Assembly: GCA_030324005.1 (NCBI GenBank)
Contig: JARDVH010000097.1
Span: 12,982,459 to 13,046,458 of the forward strand
Length of the DNA stretch: 64,000 nucleotides
Reading direction: 5' to 3'
Origin: Negaprion brevirostris
Taxonomy: Eukaryota
Under the pieces are notes generated by a model. It did no database searches, was not told the DNA's origin, and saw nothing but the letters and a program-made list of their open reading frames with translations. Of this stretch, positions 1 through 14,000 are shown piece by piece (positions within the stretch are counted from its first letter, which is position 1; the number at the start of each line of letters is the position of its first letter). Both the position numbers and the translations under genes were made by a program.

Positions 1-396
1 ATGTCAGCAAGAGTCAATACCTTCAGAATGTAAGAAAGCGGACAGCCAGAAAAGAAAAGCCAATTGAAAATAAGAAACACAATCAAAAGCTTCCATTGAA
101 TTTCAGGTAAGAGCTTAGTTTGAACATTGTCTCATGAAGCAGCTATATTCTGAATGAATTAATCTTCAAACTTATTGGCAACTGAGCAAAAAAAAAGAGC
201 AAAAGCTGATCAAATGTTATTATACATAAAATGGATAACAATTTGCCATTTTTGTTCATTTAAACTCTTTTAAGTTGAACCCCAAAACCAGGGTGTGTTA
301 ATGTGAATACAATGTGAAGATAAATAAGAAGCAAATTACTCAAGCGGTAGATATGTATGATCTTTTTAACTGGAAAAAGAAAAATTAATTAGTTAC

Positions 397-2040
397 CTGG
401 GTGAACTTGTCTCATGTGATATGTTACAGGATATTGATGGGATTCGCCACACAGTTCGCATATCGTGTCCTTCTCGGGGCCTCCCATTGCGAGCTGTGCC
501 ATTTCTCCAAAAAGATTTCCTCTGGGTCTTGCCTCTGCTTTGTCTTTTTTCTTCTTTTCTTTCTTACTCTTTTTGTTGTCTTTTTCATTCTCTTTTTTCT
601 TCAGTATAGCACTTGAACCAGGGCTGGGAAAGATCATGTTCTGAGTGGCTGCTTTTATGGTTGCCATCGAGATATCTTCCCAAAAGGCAACAAGGTGCTG
701 CAAAGTAAGAGGCAAAGAGGACCTACTCTTTATAGAATGATGGCTCAAAGCTTCATAGGCTGTTGAATCTGCTTTTCCATCTTCATTTTTCTCTGGCAGT
801 GGGGGTTCCTTGAGCATTGAGAGCACCTTATTTTTATTAATACTGCCCATTTTAGATATATCTGGACCATGAGGAGAAATATTAAACATATTTAGAGCAG
901 ATGATATTTCCAATGAATGCCTATTCTTTAGTTTGGTCTCTCGCTCTTCAATGCCTTGTTGGCTGTGAAGGCTGCTTCTCATTGGTGCATATTCTTTACT
1001 AAGGTCAGGATTAAATTTCAAGAAAGATGAACATGCCATTGCATCATGGACAACCCCTTCATGCCATAAGAAAGCTGCAAATACCGCACGGGCACATTCG
1101 GCGACAGATGGAGACATTGCCTGTTTTGGTGGCTCGACAGTTGAATTACTCTCGTCCCTGAAAATGGTCCCCATTTTTTCCTTCTTGGGTCTTGTGTGTC
1201 TGCCAGTACTCTTACGACTCATCTTAGGGGATGATCTAGTTTCTTGCTCTTCTTTGGGTGGAGCCTTTCCAATGCTGAAATGGACCTTTGGACAGGAGTC
1301 ATCAGGGTTTTGCATTTCAGCTATTTTTTCAGAGACTGCGTCTGAATTACTGGTCGTTGTTAGAGTACTAGATGTACAAATCGCAACTATCTCACTATGA
1401 AGATTTTCTTGAACTACTTGGGGGGAAGGCGTCCTGTTCTCAGTGCTGGTGGCAGTTTTTGCCTCTTTGGGTAGTAATTTTGGTTTAGGTGAAGTTGACC
1501 GCCCTCTTAAAGGCTCCATTAGAGGAACCTTTTTCTTACGAACTGTATCAGGGTCCAAAGTGTACGAGTCAGATTTTGATCTCTCGCGTGGTGGTTCCAA
1601 TCTTATTTTTGCTGTTGTGTTAGCTTTATGAATTAAGTTCCTTTCATGAGGAGAAGACGGTCTTGGAGAATTGGGACTTGATGGGCTGCCTTTCCCAGAT
1701 GATAACTTCTGCTTTGACAATGTTGACCGTGACCCTGGTGTTGGTGACTCTGCCCTTAGCCCAGCAGCGGTCTTTTCATCTGTTTTTAGTGACTGCAATG
1801 TATTGTGGTTTGGAGAAAGCGATCTACTATGAGAGTCTGATCGCAATTTGGCAGTGTCTGATTTAAGCATGAGGGATTCACTTGCAGACAAGTTTTCTGC
1901 ATTTTTTGTCTTTGTTTGCTCTACAGCAGCTTTGCTGATCCGACCTTCAATTTTTTGCAATCGATTTTCAGTTTTGTGTTTACAGGATAAGTCAAAGTTT
2001 CCAGATGGTCTTCCAGATAGTACAATGTTTCCTTTATCAC
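397..2040 (-). CDS. MYCBP2: MYCBP2 large exon (1644 nt): Ser/Pro-rich region, basic NLS-like stretch, ends ...YHMRQVHP-G
   Basis: Within ORF 389..2074. Acceptor tttcag|GTGATAAA at 2040, donor CCAG|gtaact at 397, phase 1-1. Confidence 0.96.
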
Positions 2041-5000
2041 CTGAAAACAACATTTTGGAGACAAAGTCAGTCATTTACTACTTTATTTTCAGAACAAAGA
2101 CAACCTACTTCATTATATTTTCCATTGTTCCATTGCTGCATAGATGGATGGAATTGCAGCAATATTCCTCAGATATGATATTTTAAATAAGTAAATTTAA
2201 TATACAGGTTATTTCCCAACTCTCTCATAACAGTAAAGAATAGAATGCACTTCAGTCCACATTTCACAAATAATTAGCTGTTCTTCTGATTTAAGACTGC
2301 AGTAGCAAAGAAACAATAAAAGGGGTGTATTAGCATTATAAACAAAAACACCAAGTTAATTAGGGTGGCACAGTGGTTAGTGCTGTTGCCTCAGTACCAG
2401 GGACCCGGGTTCGATTCCAGCCTCATGTTACTGACTGTGTGGAGTTTGCATGTTCTTCCTGTGTCTGCATGGGATTCCAAAGATGGGCAAGATATGTGGA
2501 TTAGTCATGCTAGTTTCCAAAGATGTGTAGGTAAAGTGGATCAGCCGTGATGGAAAAATCTGTCTGCATAACTTTGCATTAAAAAAAAAATTGCCTTGGT
2601 TAGGCTACTGTATTATCCCCATTCCTTAAGTCACATATGAAAATGGTAAAGTGGGGTCTCCAACTTTTAAGTGCAGGAAAAAAAACAATATTTCAGTATA
2701 AAATATATTTAAGCTTTCAGCAACTGCAACAAACTATCAGATTGCCCCAAAAGTTTGCAAATAAGAGATNNNNNNNNNNNNNNNNNNNNNNNNNNNNNNN
2801 NNNNCCATGATCTTATTGAATGGCGGGGCAGGCTCGAAGGGCTTGATGGCCTACTCCTGCTCCTATTTCTTATGTTCTTATCTTGCTAATCCCCCTAACC
2901 TACACATCTTGGGACACTAAGGGACAATTCGACCTCGCCTGCATATCTTTGGACTGTGGGAGGAAACCCAAGCCGACACAGGGAGAACGAACTCCACAGT
3001 CAGCCGAGGCTGGAATTGAACCTGGATCCTTGCGCTGAGAGACAGCAGTGCTAACTACTGTGACCAACTCAAAAAAATTTCTAAACTGACTGGAACACCC
3101 TCAAGAGTCTCAAGAACTTATTGAAAAAAAACCAGTTCAGCTCTGCAGTACAAACTAGTGAAACACTTAAATCCAAAGGTTTTTGGAGGAACCAGTGTAT
3201 GAAGCAATAAATCATGCTGCACAGTTATCAAAACACTGACCATGAAGTGGACAAAAAATGAAATGCATGTCAACACGAATTTATAAGCAAGAGCAAAAGC
3301 AGCACTGTTATCCTCTGCAGGAGTCCAACAGTCACACAGATTTTTTTTTCATCACTACATGCATACCCACCCTTTGACTTCAGAGACACAGAGCAGACAC
3401 CTGACCCAGGGCCTGAGGGACTATTACTTTTGTATGAGCGCTCACGTGAAGCAAGGCTGCGTGATGAAGTGTCTACAGAGGAAGACAGTGGCAGATAAGC
3501 AGCAAAGATTCAATGACAGAAACGCTTCAGCAGCAAGAATTAGCAAAGAAACTATTTACAGATACATTTACAAGTTTAAAAAAGTCAGCTAAGTTTTGAA
3601 ATGAGATAAAACTTGGTAGTTTTGTTTCTGTTTTTACCTCTGACAATTCAGCACATGTTGGCGTTTTGTCAGTCAGTGCTAATGCAATGGAACCAACTAT
3701 TTGTTAAAAAAACATTGATAATTGTAAGGAGCATCCCAGTCTGCACAAGTTACTATCAAGTAACAAAATGCTGTAAAATCTGCATCAAAAGAAAAATGCT
3801 TTAAAATTGGTGTACAAAACTTAATTTATTATAGTATTTTACTGATGGAAGAGAGTCTAGAGAACCAATATAGTAAAGCAACAGGATGGAACATGTTAGG
3901 CAGATGAGACAGACAGACTTACTCAGAAGCTGCGGTTGAGACTGCGGCAAGGAAAGGGGTTGTCCAAACACAAATGGGCTGTGAACAAGGGAAGAGGAAG
4001 GCTTTGCAGCTTGACCAAAGACGCTAGAAGCTGGAAGGAAAGGCTGTGACTGAATGGTATTCAGTATGGCACTCAGCTGGTCACCTGTAGCAGGCAAAAT
4101 TAAGTAAGACTATGTTTGGTTCCTTAACTCCCTCAATTGATATCTTCCAATGATATTACGTTGGCATGAAAGTCTGAGGAACATGAAACTAATTTTCATG
4201 CTACCCCACAATTATCCAGCAAGTTAAAAACACACGTAGTGAATGAATCACAATATATAATCTGGCCTCAATTGTTGGCTACCAGCTTTCAAAGCAGTTG
4301 CGTGTGACAATTCTTCATGACTAGTCTAAGTGGACTATCATTTCTAAAATTTAGGGATACACTGTATTAACATAATTCCCATCAATCTGCAAGACTACCT
4401 TTCAAAGTAGGTACGCTCACAAGTAGCAATATTCTTGCATTATCACCATTGCCTTGAAACCTTGGTTCTGGATTAAGTTCAAGTTCAGCATGGATTCCAC
4501 TCATTCTACTCTTTTGAGGTGCAATATCAGGAACAAAGCATCAAGTGTCCCTGAGCTAATCTTGTAGACAGAATTCATGAACATCCATTAAAAGTACTAT
4601 TATAGATGTATTCTGCTGTGAGAAATTTCAGAATTCTTGGGCTGATTTCAAAGACAGACAGACAGATGCTAACCTTTTCCAAGTTTCCACAGTAGCCAGT
4701 TTCAGAAATAGAATTTGCTGTTTGCCAAAGCTCAGACGAGCGTCTTTCTAACTAACCTGCTAACTCAGGGGAGTTGTAATAATTGAGCAAAGACAGCTTC
4801 TTTCAAAGGCCTTGTGATTCTTCTGTCAGGCTTTCCTTCAGGGTTCCTACACTGAATCATCGAATGGCGATTGTACAGGACATGACCACTTGGCTGGTCA
4901 TGTTTGTGTCAGCTTTCTACAAGGATTCAGCTTGTCTCAGTCCCTAGCCTTTCCCCAAAGCTCTTACACATTCCATTTTCAAATGCTTCAGATCTGTGAA

Positions 5001-8000
5001 CGGTGGACATCAATTTTGTTTTTACCCCCAAGACCATGGGGCTCCCATCCTAATTCTAGTTTGCCATCACTGACATATTGATACTCAGCTTGATACAGCA
5101 TTTACTCAGGGAAAGTGCTTCACCACTTCAAGAAACTCTAGGATGAGAATTATTTCCAGGACACAGAGGAGTGCCCACATTCTCCACCCCTCAAGGAGGC
5201 ACCTTTCAGAATTTCAAATTCTGTTCCGAGGAAGGATAATTCCCAGAGATTTTGAAAATATATCACTGACTACCTCCAGTAGGAAGAATTGTCTTCCAGG
5301 AGTCGAAGATAGCTTTTGAGACAGATTCAGGATGTGCAGACTTTCTGGCACTTGGGGCATTTGCTACCATGTGGGAGTTAGAAAATGGGCAACTACATAA
5401 TACAAGGCTGCACTGCAGACAAAATGGATCTCCACAAATTGCTAAAAAAATATTCAAATAAGGTGGAAAGCTCAGTCATCAACATGTGGTCCTGTGATGT
5501 GCGAGAGGAATATAAACGAAACAGAGACAAGTAGACTGCTGCCACAGAAAAGCAACCTTGCTCATATCTTGGATGCAAAAATTAGATTAAAACTTTTATT
5601 GGAATTGTGCATAAACAGTGTATTGCGACATTTGCTAAGTTTGTGAACGAATTGCAAAAATGGAAGCAATTATCCAGGGAGGTATACTCTGTCTGAAAAG
5701 CATGCCCTTCAGCCAAACTACCTGATGACCTTAAAGCTAATTTTCTTTATACTTTAAAAGAAGAACTTCAAGTATAGGANNNNNNNNNNNNNNNNNNNNN
5801 NNNNNNNNNNNNNNNNNNNNNNNNNNNNNNNNNNNNNNNNNNNNNNNNNNNNNNNNNNNNNNNNNNNNNNNNNNNCCACCATACAATGATCACTCTCCCC
5901 AAGAGGATCCTTCACCACAAGGTCCCTAATTCTACCCGCCTCATTACACAACCTGCGACAAGTATATTTAACAATAACCTTGATGTCCCAGTTCAAGCAC
6001 TGCCTGTAGTCCACATCCATAGACCCTTAAAAAGTTTGGGAACTTTGAGGTCAAGGAATAGCATCACTGTTCGAGTGGCTGAAAATCCACTTCGAAAGCC
6101 ATTGTGCAAAAAGATTTTCTGGTTAAATTCTGGCTTACAATTGGCTTTACGGCCCCTAAAAAAAAAGCTGGCTTAGAGAATTTGATCCCCACTATATGCT
6201 TCATTTTTGAGGGAGCCTGAGGAATGTGTTACCTGAACTTGTTCTCTGGTGTGCAAACTGCTTATTTTGGACAAGGCCTTTGCCAAGCTTCTGTTGTTTC
6301 AGGACAATGACTGAAAATTCATTTTAAAAAGCCTGAAAATTTTCTGAAGGGGAGGCTGCATACTTTGGTTCAGAAGATCTATTAGGCTAGTCCTTACCAC
6401 AAACTTCTTGTATTTATTGGAGATTGGTGTTAAAACAGATTCTCCTCCTTCACACTTCCAAAAAGTCATTGAGAAATTTGAAGATGCTCAACACCTGGAG
6501 AAGTGCCTCATAAAACACTGAGGCCAAATAGATACAAGTAGTCAAAGTCTGACCAAGAATGGGTCGGGCGGATAATTGATGTCCAAATGCAGGGTGAAGA
6601 AAAGCTCTATAGAAATAGAATGCTTTCAGACTACACCAGGGTTTTGGCAGCTCTTGAATTTTAAACCATGCTGCCCTGAAGGAAGTGTGAAACACAGGTT
6701 CACTGCTTCTCTACAAAGAAAAAAAAAGGGACAAAATAAGTATTCCAAGTATCGTTAAGCAATCAACTCGAGGATTTCCTGCAGAGCTGAGTGGACAGTT
6801 TTTAAGTGGTACTTGATCCGAAAATATGTCAGTTACGCCCCTAGTTTTATCCGGGATCGAGATCATTAACTAATAAAAGAAACAGAATCTACTTGGATGG
6901 CAGTATGGAGGTTGCACATTCTCCCTGTGTCTGCACGCATTTCTTCCGGGCGCTCCAGTTTTCTTCCACAGTCCAAAAACGTGTAAGTTAGGTGGATTGG
7001 CCATGCTAAATTGTCCCGTAGTGTCTTAAGATGTCTGAGTTCGTTGGGTAAATATGCGGGGTTATGGGGATAGGGCCTAGGTCAGATGCTCTGAAAGAGT
7101 CGATGCAGATGCAATGGGCCAAATGACCACCTTCAGCACTATAGGGATTCTATCATTCTATACTTGAAGGAACTTAAAAATAAAATTAAACAAGCAAAAA
7201 AGCAGCATACTGGGGTGCAATAAACTTATTCAGGTGTTTGACAGCTATTTTACGCACGATTGAGATGCTCAAACCTTGATGAATGCACAACTAGCTGCAT
7301 GAATTTCCTTGAACTATTTTTCATTAATAGCAGACAAAAACAGAATCTTTATATTTCAGTTCAGTCATTCTGGAAGCCAACTAATGGAGAGAACATTTCA
7401 GGCTGCAGTGATTCGACTGCTCAATTGTGCCAAGTGAAAATGTAGGCTGTTTAAGAATGTTTTGATATACAAAATGAGATACAAAAACTACACTATTCAA
7501 ATTACTTAAATTTCAACATGAATTTTGAGCCCTGTGTTGTACTCTTAATTTTACAATGTTATTGGACAAATGAAGCTCAACAGATTCCATTGAATTAGCA
7601 AAGAAACAAACATTGTTTTGGAAGGAGAATGGAAAATATTACCTTGTTATAGTTAGGCAGTATTTCTTCCTATTTTTACCTGAATACAAAAAAACAAATG
7701 CATACACCATAACATATCCAACCACAACGTTGCCCCACTTACCAGGCTCCGTGAAGGATCCCAAATCAAGGTCCGTAGTCATTTCATCTTTAAAAAAAAA
7801 ATTAGGATAAATTTAGCATTAAACTTCATTATTGCAATGTTGTCAATTTACTAGTGGTTCAATTGCTTTTTTTAAACACAAAATGGAAGCCACTGCAGTG
7901 AATGAGAAATGATCGAATATAGCACATCAACAATTTGACTCAAAGTCCTTGTAAGTAAACGACCACTGAATTCTCAATGTTTGCTTTGAAAAATGCTATG

Positions 8001-11000
8001 GCAAATTAGAGGCTTTGAAGGATTGCTCTGTAATGCTATTTAAAACGAGTCAGGAAGCTCCATATCTCGTACTCTCGTTCCAGGTAATTTCCTGTTTCAA
8101 AAGAGTGAGCAGGATTTCATTTTCAACTGGTCATGAACTCAAAATTTTATCTTTGTACTGGAACTGGGCACGAGCATTTAGATTTCCTGATTGGTATAAC
8201 TCCAGTTTAACACCTGTGATAACTTGAGACCAGCACTCAAGTATTTCTTGGATAAAATGAAACAACTTACTAACTACATAAAAACAAACATGAATCTGGT
8301 GAAAATTTAGACACTGGCAACTAAGTGACAGGAGTCTGTTTTGATGCCAGCCGCAACATATCAAACACAAAATGATGTGTATGTGAAGTATGGTTGATTT
8401 ACACCGGCTCTACAGTATTAAACTGCAGTATTATTTTCTGCAGTCATTAAATTATGGCATTAATTATGCCACTCAGTTTGTCAGAAGCCTTTCCCACTTT
8501 CCAATCTCTCACCTCAGAAAAACAGAATGAAGATAACTCTAATCAGTTATCAGTTTTAGAGCCAATAAGCCAAAAATTTCCTTTAGAATTATTTCTGACA
8601 CATACACTGCTTTCATCTTAATCCATATTAAAACAGTTGCGATCACCCTTTACATTCCAAAGCTCCCCAGTCCTTTCTGATATTTAAAAAAGCTTTTGGC
8701 TTTCAGCTATTCTGTAACGTTGCAAATATGAAAACATTCTTCCAATAAACTATTTGGCCTTCATGTGGTGTCTCAAAACTTGCAAATACTTTAAAGGGCA
8801 GCATAAAGAATTCACTACGAATAGTAGGAAACAGAATATGGTTGACTCTCAACTGCCTTCCAAGGGCAACTAGGGATGGGCAATAAATGCTGGCGAGCCA
8901 GCAAAGCCAATGAATAAAAGGAGCAATACCAACAACTTGATAAGCCAAACAGAGATATTCTTCAATAAGAAGTGGGAAAAATTTAATGCTCTGGAGCACT
9001 CAGACGCCCAACTGCAGTCACAGAAAGTCAGCTGCTCACACAACTGGCCATAATCTTTCCGATAATTCCACCATCACAGAAAATCCTAAGAAATGAATCT
9101 CCAAAATGACAGCCAGCAGATGGCAGAGTATAAAAGTGAAGAGAAGCAAATTTTGGAAAAAAAAATGAAACCAACTCAAAATTGACAAATGTGTCTATTC
9201 TTCTCATGCTGAAATCATTTTAGTTACATCTTTTAGGTTCACACTAGAGTGAATCCTTCCATCTTTTGGAGTTACAAACAACTTGTGTTTATGTAGCACC
9301 TTAGCCCTTAATGTAATAGAATCTCTCAAGGTTCTTCAGGGGAGCATTATAAAACAAAATTTGTCACAGAGCATTATAAGGAGATAGATTTAAGGCAGAC
9401 AACCAAGGTTGGTCAGAGATTGGTTTTAAGGAGCACCTTCAAGGGTAGAGGGTTAGGGAGGTGGAGAAGTTGGAAGAAGAAATTCCAGAACTTAAAGGTT
9501 TATATTAATAAGCATATTTATAGAAGCCACTTCATACTTGTGTTACAGAAATGCCTATTGTATTTAATAATACCAAAAGGAGCAGGATCAGAGACTAACT
9601 TCTAATTTTTATTTCTAAACATCCAAATATTTCCTATTGTGTAGCCTAAAAACTGAAAATAAACTTAGGCCACTGAGCAACAAAAACAAGGCAGTGCAAA
9701 ATTCACAAAATGTGGATTTCCTCCAATTAAATAAACAAACAATGATGTTTACACACCTTTGGCATTAGCAAGGCTGTAGTCAAATCCTTGAGAGTTGTTG
9801 CCACTTGCACTCCTGTTGAAGGCAGGAGCAGTGAAAGGACTGGGAGGAGGTGTCTGAGGTGCTTGATCCAATAGTAGTTGCTCTGTCAAAGAAAACGATT
9901 TTAATGGCTTTTGCAAAAATTGTGAATTAAGTGAGAACAACTTAGCTTGTTTAAAAACTCATTTGTATTTGGCGGGGTCAAAATTTATTGAGCATAATAC
10001 TGGCCTTTTTCCTGCAGCGTTTCATTTTCAAAAAAATGTTTGGGGTTAGAATCAACTCAGAATACCTTCTGGCTAGAAGAATGGTGGGTAAACAGAAGGG
10101 GAAAAGAACAGCCATTATAGAGCAAAGAAACAATCCAGCTGGTGCTTTGGGGTCCTACACTTTGACAGATGGATGAGCTTTGGAACAACCTCAAAAAAGT
10201 GAGTTCATGCTGGGAAAAGAGTTTTGCATTTGAGGCCAAAAGACAATTTCATAAATTTGGTTTGCACTCTTGGTAACATATTTACTCAGAGAGACACACC
10301 CAAAAACAGCATGCCCTGACTTGAACAAATTAGGGCAACCTTGAAACAAAACCTGTGGATTCTTTTAGAACATAAGAACATAAGAAATAGGAGCAGGAGT
10401 AGGCCATCCAGCCCTTCGAGCCTGCCCCACCATTCAATAAGATNNNNNNNNNNNNNNNNNNNNNNNNNNNNNNNNNNNNNNNNNNNNNNNNNNNNNNNNN
10501 NNNNNNNNNNNNNNNNNNNNNNNNNNNNNNNNNNNNNNNNNNNGCAATTTGCCGTTCCACCAATCTTGGTGTCATCGGCAAATTTCGACACCATACACTC
10601 GGTTCCCTCCTCCAGATCATATTGGAACAAAAACAAGTGGTAAACAAATTACATCACTTCACCTGGTAAGCAGCAGTGCAAGCTGCGGGATGTTCTCCAT
10701 ATAGAAAAAAATCTACACTTCGCAGCCTTAAATTATGGTAACAATTTTGGCCATGATAAAATTGCCCCTTAGTATCCCAAGGTGTGTAGGTTAGGTGTAT
10801 TAGTCATGATAAATGTGTGGGGTTACAGGGGAGAGGATAGGGTGGGGAGAGGCCCTGGGCAAGATACTCTGTCAAAGAGTCAGTGCAGACTCAATGGGCT
10901 GAATGGTCTCCTTCTACACTAAGGAGACTATGACTCTATGAAGTTACTAACTGCAGAGTCAGTTTCCAAAGATGTCCACTGTAGAAGTATGGGTAGTTCT

Positions 11001-14000
11001 GCTGCTTACTCCATCATGATCAGACATCCTTAACTGCTGTAACTCCTAATCTAGGATGTTGAAGCCTTTAAGCAACTGTACCAAAAGAATAGAAGGCTCT
11101 GCACTCATGACATACCCATTAAGTTATGCAGACCTTAAATACTGAGTTTCAATTCAATCATTAAATCACTGTTTATAGAACACATTCCCACAAAATCTCT
11201 GTCTGAGGTAAAACACTGAGATTAATCCCTTCCAGACAGAGGTCCAAGCAATCCATGAGTTTTGGCTTCTGTTCCAGTCTCACCAACAGTAACCAATCTC
11301 CTTGCCACATGATTGGCTGAATATATATGGTGTGTTCCTGGTGGGATCCCCGCTACTAAAGGAAGACCGTCATTGATCCTCTGGGAAACACTGGCAGTTC
11401 TGCTGTAGTACCGGAGCGGACAGGACAGCTAAAGGGACAACACTAGCCTAACCCTGTAGCTGTCAGCCGAAACAAAGGTACATATGACTAAGTAACTGAG
11501 AACAGACTGGAGAGGGGCAACTGCTACAAGGTCTTCATGAGAAATTTTTAAAAATTCCTTTGTAAAACTACAGTATATGGAAGAAAACTCAAAAATGGAG
11601 AACTCAGTGTCCTTGAGCATAAAGTTCAAACTAAAGATTACAACAAGAAAATAATTTCAACGGGCTAGTTATTTCAAGTGGCATTGCATGAGATTCATTT
11701 TGTATCATTATGTGCAAGATCACAATGAAGAATCCAGTTTTAGCTATCAATTTGTATAATGTTTTGAAAATACTACTGTGAACAGAAGTATTCTGTATGA
11801 AGCAACTGAATGAATTATGAGTACCTACCTTCTTCATGTCTTAGGTACTGGTTACCACCTCGGTCTCTGGCCAAGGACCAAGCTTCACCATCACCACTTT
11901 CACAGAATTCCACCATACTGTTCTTATCAAGTTGGATCCACGTGCCCTCATGATTTGCCACCTGTTATACAAATGACACTTACTGTCCCGCTCCATATTT
12001 AATAGTAGAATTTGGGTGTCTGCAGAGTTGAGATTATTTAAATATTTTACATCTCAGAATTTAAAATGCCTTGGCTGTTCCAGCTCAAAATTACTTGGAA
12101 AGACCCTTTATATATCATATATTGTAACCATTTGTAGGTTACAAACAAAAATACTGAATACTTAACGAAACAAATTTGAATTGTGATAGCTTATTGAATT
12201 TCTGAAATTTTAACGATTCACTGCTAAAAAACTACTCTGAATTTAAACACAATGAGCTGGAATTTGCTGGAGCAGGGAATTTCACGACACGATGGTTAGT
12301 TCAGATGTTTTCCAGTAACTTTTTACCCTGCAAGTTGCTGGAAATGTGAACTGATGTGTTGCAAGGTCAACAGGGCACTTGGGGCCTTGGGTGGAAAATG
12401 GAATCAACTGTGTACTTTTGTTTTTATTCATTCAATGCACCTTGCTTCATTGACTGGGCTAGCATTTATTGCCCATCCCTAATTGGCCTCGAGTGGCTGG
12501 CTTGGTAGGCCATTTCAGAGGATGTTTAAGAGTCAGTCATATTGCTGTGAATCTGGAGTCACATGCAGACCATACCAGGTATGGACGACAGATTTCTTTC
12601 CGCAAGGGACATTAGTGAACCAGATGGGATTTTGGATTTGTGGTCATAATTAGACTTTTAATTCAAATTCCACCAAGTGCCCTGGTGGATTTGAAGCCAG
12701 GTTTCCAGAGCATTAACCTGGATCAGGACAGAAAAAGAGGAATGTGGTCAATACCAAATTAGGTGCAGGAAAAGAAATAAAGGGAGAACAAGAGAGAAAG
12801 AGAAAACAGCGACGAAAACAAAATGTAAAACTGGAAATTCGACACTTAACAGCTCCAACAAATCGCAACCCAAAGGACAGACACTTTATACTTTTACTTG
12901 CCCACTTTCTGGGTTAAGAGGTCAATTGGCAGTAACATGGCCCAGTAGGCTAGGTTTGTACAGCAATCTGGAAGCTACTGCACAGGATGTTCAAGAAATT
13001 TTAGCTTCTAAGAAACTGCATGTGCGCAGTTACATGAAAAAGTTACCATATGCAGATTGCACAAAGTTTTTNNNNNNNNNNNNNNNNNNNNNNNNNNNNN
13101 NNNAATGATGCTTTTGCCCCATTTCATATTTAACAATAGAATTTGGGTGCCTACAGAGTTTGATTGTTTAAATATTTAACATTGCTACCTTTTCTATCAT
13201 TTCTTCAGTTCTGATGAAACATCACTGACCTGAAACATCAACTCAGCTTTTCTCCGTAGATGTTGCCTGACCTGCTGAGTATTTCTGTTTTTACCAGCAA
13301 TTATTTCATTAAAAGCGTGCCAACACTTATCAGGCTTAACTATGTGGAGAGCGGTGGGCAATTAAGTGTGCAAATGCAGCAACTGCAGAAAATCCCTGGA
13401 CAGCAGGCAATAAAATGCCATTTTCACAAAGCGCAATTCATAGGATACCTCTTCCTTGTCACAAGCTGCTGGCCGATTTGTGCATCGACAAAAGTTGGCA
13501 CAATTCGCGTACCATTATTTTCTCAGCAAATTCCAGCCCAATTGGTTTTTAAGACTGATCTGTTAGAATTGTTTTTCATGTATGCACCATTCTTAAAAAT
13601 TTCTTAAAATACCATAGAAATAGTAAGGATCTGCGATAACAAAAATTTGATCAAAATAACTACAGGATTTGAAATGTGTGAATTGTAGTTTTCACTGTTG
13701 CACTTACTTATTGCTACTACTAAATTTAGAATAAATTTGACACGAGCTACATACACAAAAATGTCAGATTCTGTGAACTAATTTCAATAAAATCTGGCTT
13801 ATAACATAAAATTTAGATGCCTGGTTTTGGCTTTCAAATTATAAAAGGAACAGCCAGAACACGAGATTATTACAGCAATTTATATAATACACAGGAATAG
13901 AGATTTTATTAATCTGTCATTTAAAGTCAGTGTGATTAATGTGATTTATAACCAGTTAAGGAAAGTAGTTTTTGAAGGGTATAGAGGAGAGTACAAAAAA

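Noticed and set aside
1-65. Pyrimidine tract plus AAG|GTATTG on minus (acceptor or recursive-site-like; would read GIDSC-stop)
   Set aside because: Truncated by the window edge, does not match the expected next MYCBP2 exon, and cannot be evaluated.
401-2186. Plus-strand ORFs overlapping the large exon
   Set aside because: Antisense shadows of coding sequence with no independent features.
4400-5580. Possible continuation of a decayed giant exon
   Set aside because: The frames I translated contain repeated stops and I found no consistent splice phase.
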